A stretch of DNA of 64,000 bases from Callorhinchus milii. Taxonomy: Eukaryota. This document shows positions 28,240 to 41,423 of the stretch, in pieces (the stretch's first letter is position 1; each line of letters starts with the position of its first letter). A program made the position numbers and the translations under genes. The stretch covers positions 96,784,001 through 96,848,000 of the forward strand of contig NW_024704742.1 in NCBI RefSeq assembly GCF_018977255.1, read 5' to 3'. Under the pieces are notes generated by a model that was not told where the DNA came from, ran no database searches, and was given only the letters and a program-made list of their open reading frames with translations.

Positions 28240-29087
28240 ATAATAATAATAATAATAATCCTTGCATTTGATATAGCGCTTTTCACGTCGGGAGGACGTC
28301 CCAAAGCGCTTCACAGAATATACTGTAAAGTGAATTGTTTACTTAAGGCACTGGAGGCAGTACAGAGAAGATTCACCAGGATGTTGCCTGGAATGACAAA
28401 ATGCACTTATAGGGAAACAATAATAAATTGTATTTGTATAGCATCTTCCACATCGGGAGCATGTCCGAAGGTGAAAGATTTGATAAACTGGGGCTTTTTG
28501 CTTTGGAGCTCTGAAGGCTGAGAGGGGATATGTTACAGGTATGTAAGATGATGGGAGGAATGAGGGAAGTTATTTTCAGTGTTCGGGGATCTATAAGAGG
28601 GGATAATTTTAAAATAATAATAATAATAATCCTTGCATTTGATATAGCGCTTTTCACGTCTTCTCAACGTTTCAAAGCGCTTCACTGTAAAGTGAATTGA
28701 CCATATACTTGTGGGTGAAACGCGGCAGCCAATTGCGCACAGCAGTGTCCCACAAACAATCATGGATTGAAAATGACCAATTTATTATTGTTTTTGTAAC
28801 TGTATGATTTTGTAAATCATAACTAGGAGGTGCAGAACAGAGAAAAAACTTTTTCACACAGAGAGGGTAGGAGAGTGGAATTCTCCCCTGCAGTCAGTTG
28901 TTGGAGCAGTAACCATGTGCCTTTTTTAAAAAAGCTTGACACATAGTTACGAGAGAAGAAAGTTGAGGGATATGGGGGGAAATCGAGGATATGGGCCGAG
29001 TAATAGGATCTAGGATAGGCACTCATGTGGAGTATAAACACCAACCGAAAGGCCTGTGTCTGAGCTATACCTTCTATGAATCTATGA
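28240..29087. mobile_element. Nested cluster: CR1 3' end (+, 28346-29087) interrupted by an L2 tail (-, ~28417-28470) and a SINE 3' half (-, 28613-28795), preceded by a SINE tail (-, 28240-28340)
   Basis: LEAVQRRFTRMLPGM, FSLEL*RLRGD, FFTQR pieces; TTCTATGAATCTATGA terminus. Confidence 0.82.
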
Positions 29088-29309
29088 AAAAAGATTTGTG
29101 TGACAGATCTGAGAGCCCATGAGAAAGAACATAAAGATTCTTACAAGATGCCCACAAAATATGGAGAAGGAGCAGGGTCCAAGGTCAGAATGGGAGTGAG
29201 GTTCCAGATCAAAATGGGATTTGGGTTTCATATAGGTGTCTCTCTGTGTGTGGGTGAGCACTGACTGACCGGGGTGTGCGTGTTAACAGAGAGAGAGGAA
29301 AAGGAGGGT

Positions 29310-29580
29310 TTATCTGTTTACCCAGCAGTAAGTAGAAACCCAGTTGTTAGTCGATTGGCGGATCGCTTTTTGGGTTAATAATCCCTCCCAAAAAATAATA
29401 ATTTGGTCACTTGATCCACGACTGTTTGTGGGACACTGCTGTACGCAATTGGCTGTCGCGTTTCACCCACAAAATATACAGTCAATTCACTTTACAGTAT
29501 TCTGTGAAGCGCTTTGAAACATCTCAACGACATGAGAAGGCACTCTATTAAATGCAAAGATTATAATTATTATATTATTA
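29310..29580 (+). mobile_element. 5'-truncated SINE, long subfamily
   Basis: Matches the body and tail of the 18250 copy. Confidence 0.82.
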
Positions 29581-30569
29581 GCAGAACATCCGAATCATTC
29601 CACACCTACAATTATTACGATTAAAGTATTCAAAACGATGAGAGGACTTTATCTGGTGAGTGTGATTCCTGTGAACTCTCAGACACGGTTTTCTTTACAC
29701 ACTACTTGCAGTTCTGGCGGTAGCACAAACACAGAGCAATTTTGTGCCTGAAGCTCAGCTCCCTCTGTCAAAACCACTGTTCATCCTGTTTTAAATTCCC
29801 ATTACAGCATCATGCTGCTTTTTAAATGAGTCACATGTGCTATTGTGTTTGTCTATGAACATAAATTGTACATTGGCAACAATAGCATACCCACACAGCG
29901 ATGCTTTCAATCATATAACTGCGGCTGTAGCCAAGTAAAGGCTAGACACATCCCCACAGGAAAGGGAAAAAAAATCCTCGTGGCAAATAGTTTTCGTAAA
30001 GATCTGGAACCTAGAGCAGTAATAGATCCCTTTCACTTACTCAGTGGGTGATGGGCTAAGCCTGCTTCTCAATAGCATTCCCTTGCTTTCTTTCATTGAG
30101 CAGCAGGAAAAGAGAAGGAACAGCACTGAATCTCAGCTCTGGCAACAACCCACATCCGCAATCATTCACACAGGTTTTGAATAGCCTGGAGACACAAGGA
30201 GTGACTGTACTGCCAAGGGCTATAAGTAAAGTGGAGGTAGACCACAAATGCCCCCGGGCTGCAGTATGAGTTGCTCAGCTGGACTTCTTGTAAACTGATT
30301 CAGCATTACTGCAGAATGCATTTAACTCTGCTACAGAATCCAATAACCCTCACCGCAGAACTTTACTCTCTTTGCCTGTGCATGCCAAATGAAAATGGAT
30401 ATAATAAAAAGCAATGTAATCGTATGGCAATGGACAGCGTGGTTTAATATTGGTTGACCCTGGTTTCAGAATTAGCCAAAATTCAAACTCCACATTTCAG
30501 TTTTCTATTACTAACAATTCACTGTGTATTTTAATGGTCAAAAAACATAAGGGATGTTATCACGCATGG

Positions 30570-30640
30570 AAACACACACACACACGTACACACACGCATG
30601 CATACACATACATACACACACAAGCACACACGCACACAAG
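30570..30640. repeat. Imperfect (CA)n microsatellite
   Basis: Read directly. Confidence 0.82.
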
Positions 30641-32321
30641 CTTTTTCACTGCTTGTCCAGCAAGGATCACCCTACCAGATAGAGCTATGTTTTGCAGAGT
30701 TTACAGGAGCTGAGTGGGAGGACACCCTGCCCCAGTGACTGGTCTGCCCTTCCAAGTCCTGCCTGCACACAAACACACACACACTGAGATTGAATAACAG
30801 ATAGAAAGAGAAGACAGCTGAGTTTGAATCCTGAATACAAAGGGCTTGCTTCACAACTCAGACATGTTCCACATGTTACAGGTATGATGCAGATTATAAT
30901 CCAGATAACAAGACAGAAATGAACAAAAATGGAGCATGTAGCACAGAATCTTCAGAGCAAAAAAAATAGGCAGGTAGTCCTTGTTATGAACTTTTATTTG
31001 ACAAGTTAATATCTTCTCAGGATATAAGTATTCCCATATCCTCAAGGTTTTGTGTCAGCGTGCATTTTTAAGGTGATTATCTCATCAGTCATGTCGACAG
31101 TCATCACATATGCTACAGTCTTTTTGAAATGTATTAAACAAGACAGTACTCCTGTATTTTCATGATGACCAGTCAATGAACCATTTTCAACTGCCAGGGC
31201 TGTCATATTGTAGCATTTGGAAATGAAAATTCAATCATGCCTCATTTAAATTCCAAAATCTCGTACCTTGCTGCGAGTCCCTCAAGTCCATTTGAAGGGT
31301 AGATGAGCTGGGCCCAGAATACCCGAAGATGCCACCTCTACAAGTCTAATGGTTTAAGCCCAAACGTTATTATTTTAAAAGATAAGATTATGCAGCATTA
31401 TTAAAAAATTAAAAATTCAAGCCTTAATTTCGAAAACTGTTTTAGGGCAAATCTTTTTAACAAGTGGATTCCAGCATTTCCTCTTGCCTGTGGGTTTGAT
31501 AATGTTAAACTTCCAAATGGCTGCAAGCATGACATCTCATCCGTCACCATCGTCAAGCATGACCAGCCATCCATCATCCACAGGATAATCACACTATCTA
31601 CTAGTCCACACGGTGGAGCTCTACTGGAATCAGAACAGTTCCTTAACAGCCAAATAGATTTTCTCTCCTGAAGGTGCAAATCATTGCTGGATATAATTGT
31701 GTCGTCACCAGTGGGGAGTATTTCCACCTCTGTCTGGATTTACTATTTTATGTAACATTTTAGAGATTCCAGAATTTGGGAAATTGCTGATTCTATTCTT
31801 AACTTTGAAGTCATTTTTCTATAGTTTTTAAAGGATCTTTCAGAAAACCAGCTTTAGAATTAAGGCTAAATTGAATAAATTGGCAAATTCTTGACACTCT
31901 TAAATGCCATATTAATAGAATAAATTTGGACCCAAGTGGACTTTCTCCCCACAGTAGCCAAATATTCCATCTTGTCTTAGCATATTCCACTTTGTGTATT
32001 TTGTCATAAATTTTAAGATATGCAGGATTGTAGAAAATTCTCAAATTCAGTTTTAATTTGGAAATTATTTTTTAAGAAAAAGCATCCAAACTAAGATTTA
32101 TATTTAACAATCTTCTGGAATGTTGAATGTTGCACAATCTTGAATTTTAAGACAAAATAGTCTTAGTTGCTAAGATTAGGTGGAATTTCATGCCTCAGAC
32201 ACCTTGCCCAAGGGTTAACTCTTTTTGTGGGAACTTAGACAGTGAGTGCAGATAGGATAATGGAACCAGCTGTGCTTTCAGTCACCATACCCCAAAACTT
32301 AGTAACCCTTTGCCTCAGTTG

Positions 32322-33240
32322 ACTCTCCACGGCTGCACACTCAACCTCACTAAGCCAGTCAGGAACCTGGGTATCTTGTTTGACCCTGAACTGTCCTTTC
32401 TCCCCCACATCCGCGCCATGACCGGCACTGCCTACCACCACCTCCGCAATATTGCCAGACTCCGCTACTGCCTCACCCCTCAGGCTGGCGAAACCCTCAC
32501 CCACGCATTCGTCACATCAAGGCTCGATTACGGGAACTCCCTCCTTATCGGCCTTCCCGACTCTTCCCTTCACAAGCTGCAGATCATCCAAAACTCTGCA
32601 GCTCGTGTGCTCTTACGCACCAGGCTCCGTGACCTCATCACTCCCACCCTCGCCCTACTCCACTGGCTCCCCATCCCCCAGAAGATCGAGTTTAAGATCC
32701 TCGTCCTCACCTTTAAGGCCTCCTACCTCTCTGACCTGCTGACTCCCTACGAGCCTGCCCGCTCCCTCCGTTCATCGGGCTCTGGCCTGCTCCACGTCTC
32801 CCGCTCAACCCGTCCGACCATCAGTGGCCGGGCTTTCAGCCTCTCTGCCCCCACATTCTGGAACGCCATCCCATGGTCTCTTCACATCGCTTCCTCCCTG
32901 TGCCTCCTTCAAGGTCAGTCTCAAGACCTTTCTCTTCAACCCTGCCTTTGGTCTCCCTCCCATCTCTCTGCCTTCCCTCACCCCTACACCACCACCCCCT
33001 CCCCCATGCTCGGGCCCCGACACCTGACTGTTCAGCTCTTTGGGACGTCCTCCCGACGTGAAAGGCGCTCTATAAATGTAATTTTGTTGTTGTTATTGCC
33101 TTGCCCCTCCTTGCCCATCTTCAGATCACACCTGAAGACATTCCTCTTCAATTGTGCCTATCATCACCTCCCGTCTTTCCTTGGTTCAGCTTCAAACACC
33201 ACTGTTAAGTGCTCTGAGATGCTGCTCTGCAAGTTGTTCT
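32322..33240 (+). mobile_element. L2 3' portion (32322-33097) followed by an older L2 tail
   Basis: ORF 32310..33251: VRNLGILFD...SRLDYGNSLL...LHWLPI. Confidence 0.92.
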
Positions 33241-33269
33241 TTTTATATTAATGTTAGTGTTTGCTCCTC

Positions 33270-33500
33270 CAATTAAGCCATCTATCCTAATCCCCAGTTA
33301 TCTCATCTTTGCCTGTACCTCTAGTAATCTTCCTCCACATGTGTGTATCTAACTCCTTTTGAAATACCCCCAGTGACTGTGCTCCAACAGCAACCCCTAG
33401 CATTTCATTCTGTATTCTGATTACCCTCTGGAAGAAAAGATTGTTTCTAACTTCCCCTTTCGTGCTTTCGGTCATATTCCTTTACCCTTCCCTGCCCCTT
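33270..33500 (-). mobile_element. Decayed CR1 3' fragment
   Basis: ORF 33287..33475 FFQRVIRIQNEML...FQKELD. Confidence 0.65.
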
Positions 33501-34618
33501 ATTTGTGTCTCACAATAATAATCTTTGCATTTGCTATTGTGTCTTTCAAATCAGGAGGAGTCCCAAAGCGCTTCACAGGATATACTGTAAAGTGCAGTGA
33601 TTGTGTGTTTTGTGGGCAATTGCATTCCCATATCAGGAACATGCAGACACAAGCAACACAAAGTTATTGCTGAATCCAATAAAGCTACATTTAAAGGACA
33701 TATGCCATGTAGTAGATTAAATTAGTAACAGGCAGGTGATTGAACGACTTGACCTGCTGCACTCCTATGTGTCCATTATAGCTCAATGCTCGCATGCCTG
33801 GAAGACACTTTCAAATACACCACATTGAAAACATGTTTCCGTGCATTACATGCAGAGCACCAGAGCTATCAATATTTAATCATCACAACAGCTGTCATAG
33901 TAAGAAATATTATCCAAATGGATATGAATCAATGCTGAGAATTGGGATTATTAATTGTTAGCAATTTGGTTGCAGCAAGGAGCAGACAACATTCTGCTTC
34001 AGTAGATACACACATGAGGGAGAAGGAAGTACAATAAAAAATTACATTTGTATAGCACCTTTCACATCAGGAGAACATCCCAAAGTGCTGGACAGTCAGG
34101 GATTTGGACCTGAGCTGGGGGGGGAGCTGGAGTGGGTGGGGGGTAGTATGGGAGAGAGGAAGGAGATTCAAGTGGAGCATCGATTGGTTGGGCCAAATGG
34201 TCTGTTTCTGTTCTGTACAGTATACATAACGTTTTTGCTGGTCCAACAATTACAATTGTATACATGTAATAAGGGAAGGCATCCATTATATTTCAAGACT
34301 TTTTGGCTAAATATGTTTTTGATATGTCTGAGAAACCAGTTTTGAAATAATACGCAAGGATGCGCATTTTCTATCATGAAAATTATGCAATGTATTTAAT
34401 CTTGCTGTTTTTTGAATACATTATTTTGCACAATGCACATGAATGTGCAAATGAATTGCAAACACACATGGAATTAAATTAACCTTTTAAACTGTAAAAC
34501 TGCAATGTATTGATGATTGAATTATGAATCCCCAAATGGGGATTGAACAAAACCTATTTTTAAACTTTCTATGGAGGATCCACCTTTTATATTTGCATTT
34601 GACATAAGCTACAGTTTA

Positions 34619-34970
34619 TAATAATAATCCTTGTATTTGATATAGCACCTTATCACGTCTTTGAGACATCTCAAAGCACTTCACAAAATATACTGTAAAG
34701 TGAATTGACTGTATATTTTGTAGGCGAAATGCGGCAGCCAATTACACAGATTAGTATCCAACAAACAATCATGGATTGAGTGACCAANTTTTTTAAGGAA
34801 TTATTACCCCCGGAAAAGCAATCCACCAATCGACTAACAACCGGATTCCTACTTATTGCTAAGTAAACATAGGTGTGTGGAGTAAAGAAACTTTTTGCCC
34901 TGCCGGGAATCGAACCCAGGTCTCCTGCTTGCGAGGCAAGTGCTCTAACCACTGAGCTACAGAATTCCAC
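34619..34970 (-). mobile_element. tRNA-headed SINE, long subfamily (contains an N at 34788)
   Basis: Head with B-box GGTTCGATTCC on the minus strand, body and tail match other copies. Confidence 0.9.
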
Positions 34971-35370
34971 AATTATAACATTGAAACGTTTCAAAACGCT
35001 TCACACGACAAGGTCCCAGGAACAGCCATGGAGTGAATGACCAAGGATACTAGGAGCAGTTCCAACCTCCTTTCAATTAGTGCCATGGGATTTTAACATC
35101 CAACTTTGATTTAATATCACATGTGAAGGACAATACCTGAGACAATGTAACACTTCCCCAGTATTGCTGCAGTATCAACCCAGACTTTGAGATCTAAATC
35201 TCAACATAACGGTTCAGATGAAAACATGAAATTACATGCGGCCTAACATGCAAGTCAGGTACAGTTGTTTTCTATAATCCACAACGTTTCATTTAAAATG
35301 GTTGACTTGTCAAGTCTTGTGTGGAATAGCACCAGGTGGCAGCTTGATGTGGTTAGTGCCATGGACTACA

Positions 35371-35692
35371 GTGGAGTCCTGTAGCTCAGTGGTTAGAGCA
35401 CTCGCTTTGCAAGCGAAAGACCTGAGTTCAATTCCAGGCAGGGCAAAACCTTGGGCAAGTTTCCTTAATCCACACGCCTAATAATAATCCCTCCAAAACC
35501 AAAAACAATAATAAATTGGTCATTTTCAATCTACGACTGTTTGTGGGACATTGCTGTGCGCAATTGGCTGCTGCGTTCGCTCACAAAAAATATACAATCA
35601 ATTCACTTTACAGTGTGTTCTGTGAAGCGCTTTGGGACGTCCACCCGACGTGAAAAGCGCTATATCAAATGCAAGGATTGTTATTATTATTA
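35371..35692 (+). mobile_element. tRNA-Ala-headed SINE, short subfamily
   Basis: A-box TAGCTCAGTGG, B-box GTTCAATTCC, TTTGCAA loop, L2-like tail. Confidence 0.93.
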
Positions 35693-35693
35693 T

Positions 35694-36472
35694 GTTATGC
35701 GTAGAAAAAATGGAAAAGCAGATTATTTTCTAGAGAGAGAGAGACTAGATAGTGTTAGTATTCAGAAGGATTTAGGTGTCCTTGTACACCAATCACAGAA
35801 AGTTAGTATGCAGGTACAGCAAGCAATTAGAAAGGTTAATAGCATGTTAGCGTTTATTGCAAAGGGGTTGAGTACAAGAGTAGGGAAGTCTTGCTGCAAT
35901 TGCATAGGGCCTTGGTGAGACGACACCTGGAGTTTTGGTCTCCTTATCTAAGAAAGAATATACTCACGTTACAGGTGGTGCAATGTAGGTTCACTAAGTT
36001 AGTTCCTGGGATGAGGGGGTTGACCTATGAGGAGAGGTTGAGTAGACTAGGCCTATATTCTCTAGAATGTAGAAGAATTAGAGGTGATCTTATAGAAACC
36101 TATAAGATTCTTAAGGGTCTTGACAGGGTAGATAGTGTGAGACTGTTTCCCCTGGTTGGAGAATCTAAAAGTAGGGGTCATAGTCTCAGGATTAAAGGTC
36201 AGCCCTTTAGAACTGAGTTGAGAAAACATTTCTTCACTCAGAGGGTAGTGAATTTATGGAATTCTCTACCCCAGAAAGCTGTGGATGCTCAGCCATTGAA
36301 TATATTCAAGACTGAGATCAATAGATTTTTAAAAACTAAAGGGATTAAGGGATATGGGGATAGGACGGGTAAATGGAATTAGGTTAGAAGATCAGCCATT
36401 ATCTTATTAAATGGTGGGGCAAGCTCGAGGGGCCGAATGGCCTACTCCTGCTCCTATTTCTTATGTTCTAAT
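35694..36472 (+). mobile_element. CR1 LINE 3' end
   Basis: KDLGVLV...LTYEERLSRLGLYSLE..RRIRGDLIETYKI...FFTQRVVNLWNSLP; CR1-type 3' UTR. Confidence 0.93.
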
Positions 36473-38624
36473 GTTATGGAGGGCCTAATTTGTGTTTGGA
36501 GTTCTCTCTGCTTGAATCCTTAGAAGACAACGTGGAATTGAGAGCGTGGATAGGAGAAGCTGAAACAGGAAAGGAAAGGCTAGAGAGAGACCCAGCATCA
36601 ATACTATTTGGTATATACATATACAGTAAACTCCTGATAGCTCAACCCTAATTTAACTTGTCACTATTTAATATATAGTATAGTATACAGTATATAAAAT
36701 CAATGTAAGCCATTGTGCTAAGTACAGTATAAATAGGGTTGGTGGAGTTCGATTTTTATTTTTTGTAATATTTGACGTATAAAATCAATGTTATTATTAA
36801 TCCAAAATGATCTTTTATCTTTACCAATTTCTATCATGTTCAAACTACAAAAATGATTATCAGGTCTCCAAGGACATCATTTCTTGTGCAAGTATCCATG
36901 TTTACTGATTTTTAGTGATTTCCAGCATAAGCAAATTACACCCAAATCATTAACAAATTAAAAAACACGTATAGTTCGGAATGGAAAAGGAAAACATCAA
37001 AAGTAATGACAGAATGAGATGTCAGTTATCGGATTTACTGATATGCAGATTGGTTGCAGCTAGGGGTTATATAGAACCTGCTAATTTGGGCATAAACTAA
37101 TTTCCATAAACTGTATTTAAAGAGCATTAAAGATTAAGCACCAAACCACTCTTAGCAGTTTTCTTATTTATTGTGTGTTACGGCTTTAATGATATTCAGA
37201 AATCATGACTGCCTTGCTGTATTATTGTATTACTGACCTCCCATGACAGTTTTGAATTATTCGGCTATCAAGAGTCTGCTAAACATTAAATTAAGCATCC
37301 ACTCTGCTGTGTCCTAAACCATTAAGTTATGCAAATTTTCAGATAATGGGACATATGACAGCTGGAGGCATTAATCAAGCAACTCTGTCTCTGGGCTGTT
37401 GTTCTGTGGAAGTCGCATCTGCCAACATAAAGAGTAGACACAATTAGATCTCACTTAATGCAGTGATCAGCAACTGCACAGAACTCCTCAGTCATGTTAG
37501 GTTATGGACCCCAGAATGCATGGTACGCCAGGGAGCATCAGCTTTTATTTCCATGAGCTTATGTTTGTCCCATCCCCCTTTCTTCATTTTAATTGAATCA
37601 AGCTACAATTTATTGTGTGCCAACGATCTTTGCCATAAGACACACCCACTGCTTAAAAGAGGTTTGCTCATCCCTGATCCAAATGGTGGGCGCTGACAGC
37701 ATTCTGCTGAAACGGCTTCAATCTGCTTTGATTTACAGCCCACCTGAAGGCTCAGCTTCCACACACCCAGTGTTATTGACCTGATTTGTTTTGTTGCTCT
37801 GAACTGCTTTTTGTGCATTATAATTAACATTCACAAAGGCTACTGCACATATTTTCTCACCATCTCCCTTCGTTTCCAAAGTTGACTTTATTTTTCTATA
37901 GGTTTTGTTGAAACATTCCTTTATTACTGTATTACATTTGCATTCAAAACAAGATACATTTGTATCTCTTGAAAGATTTTTAATTGGCTGTCTGGTAGCT
38001 ATAGTGACAGATCTTTGGTTGAATATCCAGTTCAAACCCTGGCCTTGACTGATATTCAAAACTGTTATTCCCATTGGGGACGTTTTGCTAGTTCTCAACC
38101 AAGATTCTTAATGGTACAGCATCCCGAGGGAGGAAACACGAATAAAGAGACCTGTGCTGACCTGAATACACATCTCTTGTCAGCTGTTGTGTTGCAAGAT
38201 TGATGGCAGCCAGGATATGTTGCAGAACATCCCACACCAAGTCAAGGGTCAATGTGGAAAGTGAGGGAAGAAGACAACCTGTTTTCAAAACCAATTTTTT
38301 TTAGAAAGAAAATACGTTTAAACCAAGAACATGATATAAATATTCTTTATCCACAGTTTATGGGTTTAGTCAATGCCAAGCTAACGTTGCTGATTTTGGT
38401 TTCCCTACAACCAGAAGGTGGCAGGAGAGGGATCAAAGCCACTGACTGCTATAGCTCAAACAAGGAATGTGCGAATTCATAGATTCAATATATGGTTATT
38501 ATCACTTGTCTCCACACAAACCACAAATGGGAACAACAACAAACATTTTGGGAAGAAAATTGTATATTCCCTGATGTGGTAAGGCCTTTGCATTACAACT
38601 TGTAAATACTGAAAAAGAAAAATA

Positions 38625-39060
38625 ATATGAATCCTTGCATTTGATATACAGTAGTGTCTTATCACATCATCAAGACGTCTCAAAGTAGTTCACAGGATTT
38701 TACTATATAGTGTAGTGATTGTGTAGGCGTGGGTGAATGCAGCAGCCAACTTGCACACAACAATGACCCATAAGCTAGAAAGTGGATCAATTCTACAATT
38801 CAGTCGTAAACAACAACACGATTACATTTGTATAGCGTCTTTTACATCGGGAGGACGTCCCAAGGCGCTGGAGACTTGATAATAAACTGGAGACTTGATG
38901 GCCAAGACACTGAGAGAAACTCCCTACCCTTTTCAAATAGTGCTATGGGATCTTTAATGTCCACCTGAACAGGCAGACAGGATCTCTGTTTAACATTACA
39001 TCCAAAGGACAGCACCTCTGAGAATCTAGTGCTCCTCCTGAAACTGCAGTAGTGTCAGCC
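38625..39060 (-). mobile_element. Older Deu-domain SINE interrupted by a short L2 tail (38810-38870)
   Basis: Tail plus Deu segments on both sides of an L2 3' end. Confidence 0.75.
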
Positions 39061-39797
39061 AATAATTGTCATGGAAATGAAGAAAAAAAGTTTGAAAAAT
39101 ATTAGAATACAACAATCCATAACATTGAAATACAAGCTTTCTTTTTTTAAAAAAAAGAAAAAACATTAAGTTTTCATTGATTAAAAATAAACTGTAATTG
39201 TAGAATATTAATGTGGAGGATTTGTAGGGCTAGGTCTCTGTCTCCCTCTAATGGTCACTTACATGACAGCAAGACATTATACTCATTACTTTGGGAATCA
39301 TTTGTGGGAGAGGGATGATTGTTTTTTAAAAAAAGTTCACAAGTTTAAAAAACCAAGAACATATTGTGCATAATGGATTAAAAGTAAAAAATGAAACAGC
39401 ACCCACTGCAGGTTACAAATTAGTAATTCAAGCAAATAATGATAATAAAGAATTCAAAGATAAATTATTACCTACAAACAAATAATCGTTACACTACAGG
39501 AAATGAGAAGCTGCAAAACAATTTGAGACCTTCTCCTGGTTTGAACATTACTGTATCATTTGATAAGGATAATTATTATTAATTATTATTGTAAGTCCAC
39601 TAAATTTATAGAACAGTAAGACTAAGTTTCTGCCTTTACAACTCACTGTTCAACATTACATTTTTTTAAATGTTTTATAGGGATTTTTGCATAATGTTTT
39701 AACTAAAGGAGCCATTGTACATAATTCCAGATCCTGCTGTGGTTGAAAACATAAGGAGGAAGCAGTGCCTCTCTTATGAACTTGTTATGATCATATC

Positions 39798-40068
39798 GTG
39801 GAGTCCTGTTAGTGGTTAGAGAAGTCGCCTTGCAAGTGAAATACCTGGGTTGAATTCCAGTCAGGGCGAAACCTTAGGCAAGTTTCTTTACTCCACACAC
39901 CTAATAATAATCCCTCCAAAACAAAACAATAATAAATTGGTCATTCTCAATCCACAACTGTTTGTGGGACACTGCTCTGCGCAATTGGCTGCCGCGTTTC
40001 TCCCACAAATATACGGTCAATTCACTTTACAGCATATTCTGTACAAATGCAAGGATTATTATTATTAT
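39798..40068 (+). mobile_element. SINE, short subfamily, internally deleted
   Basis: Matches 35371 copy but lacks part of the head and the 3' stem-loop. Confidence 0.87.
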
Positions 40069-40124
40069 GAGATAAACCATAATTGCGGGCAGGTAATTGC
40101 CAAACCCGTTTTTAAAACCTGCCA

Positions 40125-40445
40125 ACAGTAGGAACAGGAGTAGGCCATGCAGCCCTTCAATCCTGTTCCTTCATTCTGTTCGATCATGACTAATCAGTAC
40201 CTCAACTCCATTTACCTGCTTTTGCTCCAATTCCCTTGATACCCTTACCTAAGAAAAGTCTATCCCCCTCAGGCTTGAAAATTTGAATTGATCCAGAATC
40301 CATAGCCTCTTGGAGAAGAGAGTTGCAGATTTCCACTAAATTTTGTATAAAAAAGTGCTTTCTGATTTGACGCTTAAATGGCCTAAGCTCTAATTTGAAG
40401 ATATTGTCCCCTTGTTCTGGATTCCCCCACCAGAGGAAATAGAAG
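40125..40445 (-). mobile_element. CR1 3' fragment
   Basis: AGGAACAGGAGTAGGCCAT terminus, reverse of the 36430-36460 region. Confidence 0.8.
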
Positions 40446-40544
40446 AAAAGGAGAAGGTAGAAGAAATGTCATGGAGATCCACAGCTCTGAGGGGATGGGA
40501 AAGAATGAGATGTTATTGATTAACAGTTATTGATTAAAAGTTAT

Positions 40545-41423
40545 AGATAACTTTCTCCAGCTCAACGTACGCAAAACTGAGGCCCTCCTGATTGGTACGC
40601 GTGAGCGCCTCCGCACCTCAGGCGCTGACAGCATCAGCATCCAAGGCTGCACTCTCCACCTCTCAAAGCCAACCAGGAACCTCGGGGTTCTGTTCGACCC
40701 TGAGCTGTCCTTTCTCCCTCATATCCGCACCACAACTGGCACCGCCTTCCATCACCTCCGGAACATCGCCAGACTACGGCACTACCTCACCCCTCACGCT
40801 GCTGAAACACTGGTCCACGCCTGTGTCACCTCAAGGCTGGACTATGGGAACTCTCTCCTCGTCGGCCTTCCCGGCACCTCCCTCCACAAGCTGCAGGTCA
40901 CTCAGAACTCTGCAGCTCGTGTACTGTCCCGCACCAGGCTTCGGGACCACATCACTCCTACCCTCGCTCGCCTCCACTGGCTCCCCATCCCCCAGAGGAT
41001 TGATTTCAAGATCCTCACCCTCACCTACAAGGCCATTCACGGCCTTGCTCCCTCCTACTGACCTACTATCCCCCTACCTACCTGCCCATACCCTCCGTTC
41101 CTCTGGCTCCGGTCTGCTCCACATCCCCCGCCCCAACCGCCCTACCATCGGTGGACGGGCCTTCAGCCTTTCAGCCCCTAGGCTCTGGAACTCTATCTCC
41201 CAGTGCCTTCGCCGCCTCCTCCCTTTCCTCCTTCAAGGCCGGTCTCAAGACCTTTCTCTTTGACCGAGCCTTCAGCTCCCCTCTCGACCCCCTCCTCGCT
41301 CCCTCTCTTCCCTCCCCTCACCCTGACCATTTCCCCCTGCTCGGGTCCTGACCCAACTGTACAGCGCCTTGGGACGTCCTCCCGACGTGAAAGGCGCTCA
41401 ATAAATGGAATCTTGTTGTTGTA
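40545..41423 (+). mobile_element. Young L2 3' portion, very similar to the 9803 copy
   Basis: NFLQLN..KTE through the tail; overlap nearly identical to 9803-10252. Confidence 0.93.

Noticed and set aside
32310..33251. 313-aa ORF (and 55492..56223, 40592..41263, 35891..36382) as host genes
   Set aside because: These are truncated, frameshifted L2 or CR1 ORF2 pieces or their alternative frames.
38868..38899. 13-bp direct repeat CTGGAGACTTGAT separated by AATAAA
   Set aside because: Most simply a small duplication at the 5' junction of a truncated L2 insertion; no independent element is evident.
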